Of a stretch of 64,000 nucleotides of DNA, positions 1 to 6,473 are shown in pieces. A program made the translations under genes and the position numbers. Every line of letters starts with the position of its first letter. The stretch's first letter is position 1. The DNA is taken from contig NZ_JBILTE010000001.1 of assembly GCF_044371705.1 (NCBI RefSeq), forward strand, positions 2,570 to 66,569, read 5' to 3'. The notes below the pieces were generated by a model. That model saw only the letters and a list, made by a program, of their open reading frames with translations. It ran no database searches and was not told where the DNA came from. Origin of the DNA: Flavobacterium sp. (GTDB taxonomy: Bacteria > Bacteroidota > Bacteroidia > Flavobacteriales > Flavobacteriaceae).

Positions 1-132
1 TTAAGGTTTTTTTTACTAAGTCTTATTAAGAGAGTCTTTTGACAGAATATAAACTGAAATATTTTTAAACATTATGAATAAAAGAATGTATCAGTAATAT
101 TCGTTAAGAAATGTTGTGATTAGAAAATTAAA

Positions 133-537
133 TTAAGGTTCAAGCATTTTAAAATACTCATTTACCAATGGCTTAACTGATTTTGTAATATTATCAGTAT
201 AAAAATTTATTAACAATCCTTGAGGCTTTTCAAGCAAGCTCATGTACGTTAATAATTGAGCTTCATGGACAGGAAGCAAACTTTCAATCGATTTTATTTC
301 AACAATCACTGTATTATTTACAATTAAATCGAGTCTTAACTCTGTTTCAATCAATAAATCTCTATACTCTAGTTTAACTTTTCTCTGGGTTTCAACATAA
401 AAACCATTATACTCTAACTCTTTTGCAAGACATTTTTCATAAACTGATTCAAGTAAGCCGGGACCCAATGTTTTGTGAACGGAAATCGCACAACCAACAA
501 TATCATAACTTAATTAGGTTACCTCTTTTTTTGTCAT
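133..537 (-). pseudogene. GxxExxY protein (PD-(D/E)XK nuclease-like) interrupted by an in-frame TAA at codon 8
   Basis: Reading from ATG at 537 gives MTKKEVT*LSYDIVGCAISVHKTLGPGLLESVYEKCL..., in frame with the 133..468 ORF. The GxxExxY motif (GLLESVY) and a D-x-I-V-E-x-K core (RLDLIV...IVEIK) are present. The stop is at 514..516. Confidence 0.8.
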
Positions 538-563
538 ATTTATTGAATAAAAAATGGAGTTAA

Positions 564-633
564 AATTAAGGTTGTTAAATAGATTTTAAACTTAATTCCC
601 TTAATGAACCAACCTTAATTCCTTAATGTTAAG
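564..633. repeat. Degenerate CTTAAT/ATTAAG short-repeat cluster with an 11-bp inverted repeat
   Basis: CTTAAT occurs at 591, 600, 614 and 622. AATTAAGGTTG (564..574) is the reverse complement of CAACCTTAATT (610..620). AATTAAGGTT recurs at 131..140 and TTAAGGTT at 1..8. Confidence 0.7.
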
Positions 634-634
634 A

Positions 635-2938
635 CTATACGGTTACCAAACTATTCGGCTCCACCAAAATTTCTTTTCCGTTAACAAAAACAATAATAGG
701 TTTATTTCCTTCCAACGAAAACTTTGTTTCATTAGATTGAACTGAAACTTTTAAAATTTGATTTCTGAAATTAATTTTAAATGAAAATCCTTTCCATTGT
801 GATGGAATTTTTGGATCAAAATGTAAAGCTTCATTTTTCACACGCATGCCACCAAAACCTTCTACAATACTCATCCATGTTCCGGCCATTGAAGTAATGT
901 GTAAACCTTCGTGCACTTCTTTATTGTAATCATCTAAGTCCAAACGGGAGGTTCGTAAATAAAAGGTGTACGCTTGTTCCATTCTGCCTAAACCAGCCGC
1001 TTGGATTGAGTGAACACAAGGGGAAAGTGAACTTTCATGAACGGTAAACGGCTCATAAAAATCGAAATGTTTTTCCAATTGTTCTTTGCTGAAATGGTCT
1101 TCAAAGAAGTAAAATCCTTGCAAGGTGTCTGCCTGTTTGATGTAAGGCGAACGCAAAATTCTGTCCCAAGACCATTTTTGATTAATGGGTCGCTGACTTT
1201 TATCTAAATCAGTAACTTTTACTAGTTCTTTATCTAAAAACCCATCTTGTTGCAAATAGACATCATGTTCTTCCGAATAGGGAAAATACATATTGTCTGC
1301 TACTTCTTTCCAATGATTGATTTCTGATTGCGAAAGTTTTACTTTATTTAAAATTCGGGTATAATCAGTTGAATACTCTTTTTCGATTTTATTAATCTGT
1401 TGCACTGTATAATCAATACACCATTTCGCAATATAATTGGTATAGAAATTATTGTTCACATTGTTTTCATATTCATTCGGACCGGTAACACCTAATATTA
1501 CATATTGATTTCTATAGGTTGAATAGGTGGCTCTTTGATGCCAAAAACGGGCAATTCCGATTAAAACTTCTAGCCCTTTTTCAGGAATATAGCTGTAATC
1601 TCCGGTAAAACGGTAATAATTAAATATAGCAAAAGCAATAGCTCCGTTTCGATGAATTTCTTCAAAGGTAATTTCCCATTCATTGTGACATTCTTCGCCG
1701 TTCATCGTTACCATTGGATACAAAGCTGCTCCGTTTTTGAAACCTAATTTCCCTGCATTTTCAATGGCTTTATCCAATTGATTATACCGATAGGTCAGTA
1801 AATTTCTAGCCACTTGCTGGTCTTTGGTTGCCATATAAAAGGGAATGCAATAAGCTTCCGTATCCCAATAAGTTGACCCACCATATTTTTCGCCGGTAAA
1901 TCCTTTTGGGCCAATATTTAAGCGAGAATCTTTTCCAAGATACGTTTGATTGAGTTGAAAAATATTGAAACGAATACCTTGCTGAGCTTTCACATCGCCA
2001 TCGATGGTAATATCACTCATTTCCCAAATTTTTGCCCAAGCTTTGATTTGATTTTCAAGTAATTTGTCGTAACCTATTTTTAAGGCATCAGCAATTGCTT
2101 TTTGAGCAGCTATTTGTGTGTTTTCATGATTCATGGAAACCGTGTATCCGCCTATTTTTTGAATTGTTGTAGTTTGATTTTTGGAAATAGATACTTCATA
2201 TGAAAATTCAATGGTTTCATTGGAAGACGCAACATTGAAAGGCGATGTATTTACAGATATACCATCAACCAAAATGGTGTTTTGCATGAAAGTAGTTGCT
2301 GTAAAATGTGTTTTGAATGTTCTTGCGGTTACGAAAGCTTCGTTTCCATTGTTTTTAACTTCTAATGGTTCCCAGAATTTTTCTTCCCAGTTGGCATCTT
2401 CGTTATGCACGCCGGCATCAATATAAGGTTTGAAAACAATTGTAGTATCCTGATTTAATGCAGTTATTTGATAATTAATCACACCTACTTCATCCAAATC
2501 AATGGAAAGAAAACGACGCACTTGCACCTCAATTTCGGTTCCGTTTTGAAGAATTGCATTAAAAGAGCGATGGTACCATCCTTCTTTCATGTTTAATTCT
2601 CTGCGAAAACTTTTCACGGCTACACAGTTGGCTAAATCTAAATTTTCGCCGTTGATTTCGATATTGATTCCAATCCAATTGGGGGCGTTCAATACTTTGG
2701 CAAAATATTCCGGATAACCGTTTTTCCACCAACCTACTTTTGTTTTATCGGGATAGTAAATTCCGCCGATATAACTACCTTGGAATGTTTTTCCGGAGTA
2801 GTATTCTTCAAAATTCGCACGTTGTCCCATCGCACCGTTTCCAATGCTGAACAAACTTTCAGAAGACTTAACCAGGTCTTGCTCAAATCCTTCTTCAATA
2901 ATCGACCAGTTATCTGGTTTTATATAATCTTGGTTCAT
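635..2938 (-). CDS. Glycoside hydrolase family 65 protein (maltose phosphorylase-like)
   Basis: 767 aa with GH65 motifs GPKGFTGEKYGGSTYWDTE, GPNEY and KQAD; adjacent to beta-PGM. Confidence 0.92.
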   Translation of the reverse strand: MNQDYIKPDNWSIIEEGFEQDLVKSSESLFSIGNGAMGQRANFEEYYSGKTFQGSYIGGIYYPDKTKVGWWKNGYPEYFAKVLNAPNWIGINIEINGENLDLANCVAVKSFRRELNMKEGWYHRSFNAILQNGTEIEVQVRRFLSIDLDEVGVINYQITALNQDTTIVFKPYIDAGVHNEDANWEEKFWEPLEVKNNGNEAFVTARTFKTHFTATTFMQNTILVDGISVNTSPFNVASSNETIEFSYEVSISKNQTTTIQKIGGYTVSMNHENTQIAAQKAIADALKIGYDKLLENQIKAWAKIWEMSDITIDGDVKAQQGIRFNIFQLNQTYLGKDSRLNIGPKGFTGEKYGGSTYWDTEAYCIPFYMATKDQQVARNLLTYRYNQLDKAIENAGKLGFKNGAALYPMVTMNGEECHNEWEITFEEIHRNGAIAFAIFNYYRFTGDYSYIPEKGLEVLIGIARFWHQRATYSTYRNQYVILGVTGPNEYENNVNNNFYTNYIAKWCIDYTVQQINKIEKEYSTDYTRILNKVKLSQSEINHWKEVADNMYFPYSEEHDVYLQQDGFLDKELVKVTDLDKSQRPINQKWSWDRILRSPYIKQADTLQGFYFFEDHFSKEQLEKHFDFYEPFTVHESSLSPCVHSIQAAGLGRMEQAYTFYLRTSRLDLDDYNKEVHEGLHITSMAGTWMSIVEGFGGMRVKNEALHFDPKIPSQWKGFSFKINFRNQILKVSVQSNETKFSLEGNKPIIVFVNGKEILVEPNSLVTV

Positions 2939-2954
2939 TAATTTTTGGTTTAAA

Positions 2955-2982
2955 AAGTTTCAAGTTTCAAGTTTCAAGTTTT
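2955..2982. repeat. Tandem heptamer repeat (AAGTTTC)x3 plus one near-perfect copy
   Basis: AAGTTTC AAGTTTC AAGTTTC AAGTTTT lies in the pgmB-GH65 spacer. Confidence 0.9.
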
Positions 2983-3022
2983 TGTTGAATAATTTTAAAA
3001 TCCCGAAAACTTTAATTTTTTA

Positions 3023-3679
3023 CTATTTATTTATAAGGTTTTGGATAAAATTCAAATCGATGAACGTAAAATCTGAAAATACGAAATGAGCTTCATGTAA
3101 AATGTTTTCTTCTCCAATTCCAACACTCGTCATGCCTGCACTATTTGCCGCTTGAATTCCTGCAACAGAATCTTCAAAAACAATGCATTTTTCGTTCGGG
3201 AAATGTACCTTTTTAGCTCCTTGAAGAAAAACTTCTGGGTCAGGCTTAGCGTTCGTAACATCGTTTCCATCAACAACAGCATCAAAATAGTCTATTACTT
3301 TTGCTTTTTCTAAAATAGGTCTGGCATTCTTACTGGCAGAACCCAACACGATTTTTTGTTGGTGTTGTTTTAAATAATCCAACACAGGCAAAACACCCGG
3401 CAGCACTTCGCTTTCATCCATAGTTACCAAATAGGAGAGATATTCATCGTTTTTTTGCTTAAGCCAAATTTCTTTGTCTTCTTGTGAGGCTGCAATATTT
3501 CCCAATGCAAGGATAATTTCTAACGACCGAACGCGGCTTACGCCTTTTAACTCTTCATTGTGTTCGGGTGTAAAATCAATACCGAGTTGTTGAGCCAATT
3601 TTTGCCAAGCTAAAAAATGATATTTAGCCGTGTCAACGATTACTCCATCTAAATCGAATATAAATGCTTTTTGATTCAT
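3023..3679 (-). CDS. pgmB: Beta-phosphoglucomutase (HAD family)
   Basis: FDLDGVIVDTA motif I, KPDPEVF and VFEDS motifs; located next to GH65. Confidence 0.93.
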   Translation of the reverse strand: MNQKAFIFDLDGVIVDTAKYHFLAWQKLAQQLGIDFTPEHNEELKGVSRVRSLEIILALGNIAASQEDKEIWLKQKNDEYLSYLVTMDESEVLPGVLPVLDYLKQHQQKIVLGSASKNARPILEKAKVIDYFDAVVDGNDVTNAKPDPEVFLQGAKKVHFPNEKCIVFEDSVAGIQAANSAGMTSVGIGEENILHEAHFVFSDFTFIDLNFIQNLINK

Positions 3680-5025
3680 TAGTTCTGTACTACATCATCC
3701 ACATCTTGAACTTTGTAAACTAACGCAGCAGCAATTAAAAAGCTTACTCCACTGGTAACTAAAGCAAAAATGGCATGATCATTATATAAATATTTGACAA
3801 GTAATCCTCCGATGAGGGCATTAATAATTTGTGGAATTACGATAAAGAAATTGAAAATTCCCATGTAGACACCCATTTTCTTTGGTTGAATAGAACCGGC
3901 TAAAATAGCATAAGGCATCGATAAAATACTTGCCCAGGCAATCCCTATACAAATCATGGAAAAAACAAGAGCTTCTTTGTTTGGCATGAAATAAATAGAT
4001 ATTAATCCAATTCCTCCAATAATTAAAGAAGTAGCATGTGTTTTCTTTCTTCCAATTTGTTTAGCAATATACGGAAGTGTAAAAGCGAAAATCATGGATA
4101 CAAAGTTGTAAACGCCAAAAAGAATTCCAACCCAATTTCCTGCATCATCAAACAAAGGGTTTTTAACATCATCAGACGCTAAACCATAAATGTGCTGTGC
4201 AATAGCAGGAGTGGTAAAAACCCACATTCCGAAAAGTCCAAACCAAGAAAAGAATTGTACCATACTTAATTGCCGCATGGTTGTTGGCATTTTAGCAAAA
4301 TCTTGAAAAATGTCTAGTAAACGTGCAGGTTTTTCATCATTGATAGCTTCCTTATGAGCTTTTTCATCAGTGAAGTTTTCTAATTCTTGTGGTGAATATT
4401 CTTTGGTGGTTACCACCGTAACCAAAATGGTAAGTATTAGTATAATTGCACCAATTATAAAAGACCAAATCAAATCATTCGGAATTCCGGAAACGGTTTC
4501 GCCTGTTATGCCAACCCATCTTAAAAAAGAAGGTAAAACAGAACCAACAACAGCTCCCATTCCGATTAACGCGGTTTGAACGCTAAATCCTAAAGTTCTT
4601 TGATCTGTTCTAAGATTATCACCAACTAAGGCACGAAAAGGTTCCATGGCAATGTTGAACGAAACATCCATAATCATAAGCATTCCGGCACCAACCCAAA
4701 GAGCAGGTAAAAATGCGACGAAAATTTCAGATTGCGGCATTAAAATTAAACCAATCGACGCAAGAATAGCACCAACCAGAAAAAATGGTTTTCTTCTACC
4801 AAATCGACCCCATGTATTATCACTATAATGACCAATAATAGGCTGAACTATGAGTCCGGTTAGTGGAGCAATAATCCAAAACCACGAAAGTTCATGCACG
4901 TCTGCACCGAATTTTTGAAGAATTCTACTGGCATTTGCATTTTGAAGAGCAAAACCCATTTGTATTCCTAAGAAACCGAAACTCATGTTCCAAATTTCCC
5001 AGAAACTTAACTTACGCTTTTCCAT
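3679..5025 (-). CDS. MFS sugar transporter (GPH/sucrose-maltose type)
   Basis: About 12 hydrophobic segments; QPIIGHYSD...GRRKPF motif; TAATG stop/start overlap with pgmB. Confidence 0.9.
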   Translation of the reverse strand: MEKRKLSFWEIWNMSFGFLGIQMGFALQNANASRILQKFGADVHELSWFWIIAPLTGLIVQPIIGHYSDNTWGRFGRRKPFFLVGAILASIGLILMPQSEIFVAFLPALWVGAGMLMIMDVSFNIAMEPFRALVGDNLRTDQRTLGFSVQTALIGMGAVVGSVLPSFLRWVGITGETVSGIPNDLIWSFIIGAIILILTILVTVVTTKEYSPQELENFTDEKAHKEAINDEKPARLLDIFQDFAKMPTTMRQLSMVQFFSWFGLFGMWVFTTPAIAQHIYGLASDDVKNPLFDDAGNWVGILFGVYNFVSMIFAFTLPYIAKQIGRKKTHATSLIIGGIGLISIYFMPNKEALVFSMICIGIAWASILSMPYAILAGSIQPKKMGVYMGIFNFFIVIPQIINALIGGLLVKYLYNDHAIFALVTSGVSFLIAAALVYKVQDVDDVVQN

Positions 5026-5114
5026 TATCGTAATTAAAAGATTAGTACTACGATAAGCGGTTGAAGGCTTATCAAAACTTGTGGGTTCGAAGTAAAATAC
5101 AAGTTTTGATTAGA

Positions 5115-5122
5115 CAAATATA
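5115..5122 (-). promoter_or_regulatory. Bacteroidota sigma70 -7 box (TATATTTG) for the MFS-pgmB-GH65 operon
   Basis: Exact TAnnTTTG match on the minus strand, about 90 bp upstream of the MFS start. Confidence 0.6.
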
Positions 5123-5220
5123 TAATAAATCTAATAGAAAAAATTATTTTTTGTTTAATTTAAGTGCCGCTTGGAGAATTTATAAAATACAATTATTTAT
5201 GGGAAGAGCGATTGACAAAA

Positions 5221-6249
5221 CTACAACGTTCGCGTAGATTCTCTGACAACTAATTGTGTTTCGATTATTTCTGTAACATATTTTTCATCTTCCTCATCTT
5301 CTTCTGATTCTAAGCGGGCGATTAGCATTTTTGCAGCTTTACCACCCATTTCCATGCCGTTTTGTCCAACCGTTGTAATGCTTGGGGTTGAGTATTTCGA
5401 AATGATTCCATCCGTAAAACCAATAACAGAAATATCTTCAGGAACTTTTTTTCCTAATTTTGACGCTAATTTGATAGCAGTAACAGCAAAAAGTTCGTTT
5501 ACCGCAAAAACAGCATCTATATCATTATTTCGAAGTAAATCAGCAATCAATTCTTCAGCAGCATCTATATCTTCAATTTTGATAATTAGATGGTCATCAA
5601 TCGGAATTCTATGGGATTCAAGTGCTTTGATGTAACCGTCAGTTCTTAGTTTTCCGACACTTACGTAATCTACAGTTGTAATAAGAGCTATTTTTTTTAA
5701 ACCGGAGTTCAGCAAAGATGTTACTGCCAGGTAAGATGCTTGAAAATCGTCAATAATCACTTTGTCGCATTCAATTTCGTTGGTTACACGATCAAAAAGA
5801 ACTACCGGCATTCCTTGATTAATGACCTCCGAAATGTGATGAAAATCTTTCTTCTGCTGGGTTTCTTTGGAAAGCGACATGATAAATCCATCGATGCTTC
5901 CATTTGCCAGCATTTCCATATTAATGACTTCTTTATCAAAAGACTCATCTGAAAGACATACAATAACGTTGTACCCAAATTGATTGGCCACATTTTCTAC
6001 ACCGCTAATAACTGTAGCAAAAAAATGATGCACAATTTCCGGAATAATCACCCCAATTGTTTTAGTCTTTTTGTTCTTTAAACTTAAAGCAATATTGTTG
6101 GGTTTGTAGTTGTAAAGTTTTGCAAAAGCCTGCACTTTTAGGCGGGTGTCCTCACTTATTTCTGAGCTGTCTTTCAATGATTTTGAAACAGTTGAAATGG
6201 AAACGTCGAGTTCTTTTGCAATCTGTTTTAAAGTTACTTTTCTCTTCAT
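5221..6249 (-). CDS. LacI-family transcriptional regulator (likely maltose/starch repressor)
   Basis: N-terminal HTH VTLKQIAKELDVSISTVSKSL, hinge YKPNNIALSL, and a periplasmic-binding-protein-like sensor domain. Confidence 0.95.
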   Translation of the reverse strand: MKRKVTLKQIAKELDVSISTVSKSLKDSSEISEDTRLKVQAFAKLYNYKPNNIALSLKNKKTKTIGVIIPEIVHHFFATVISGVENVANQFGYNVIVCLSDESFDKEVINMEMLANGSIDGFIMSLSKETQQKKDFHHISEVINQGMPVVLFDRVTNEIECDKVIIDDFQASYLAVTSLLNSGLKKIALITTVDYVSVGKLRTDGYIKALESHRIPIDDHLIIKIEDIDAAEELIADLLRNNDIDAVFAVNELFAVTAIKLASKLGKKVPEDISVIGFTDGIISKYSTPSITTVGQNGMEMGGKAAKMLIARLESEEDEEDEKYVTEIIETQLVVRESTRTL

Positions 6250-6350
6250 TTTGATACTAGCAATTATTAATTTGTCAATAAAGATAAATTATTTTTTTTG
6301 AATGGGTATTTTAGTGCTGTAAATATAAGAATATGTAAAAGTTTTCAACA

Positions 6351-6364
6351 CGAAAACGTTTTCG
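6351..6364. promoter_or_regulatory. Candidate LacI-family operator CGAAAACGTTTTCG
   Basis: Perfect 14-bp palindrome with an AAnCGnTT core, between the divergent lacI and susC genes. Confidence 0.7.
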
Positions 6365-6473
6365 GAGTCGGTTTAACATATGTTCATGAAATTTAATCAA
6401 AATTTTGCTTAAATTTAACATTCGAAGTAAAATACAAGCATACAAAACTCAATTTTTAACCTAAACAAACTGT

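Noticed and set aside
514-516. Stop-codon recoding (Sec/Pyl or alternative code) in the GxxExxY gene
   Set aside because: The codon is TAA, not TGA or TAG, and TAA is the usual stop for other genes in this window.
5086-6438. Invertible promoter segment of the Bacteroides type
   Set aside because: The 18-bp repeats are direct, not inverted, and no recombinase gene is present in the window.
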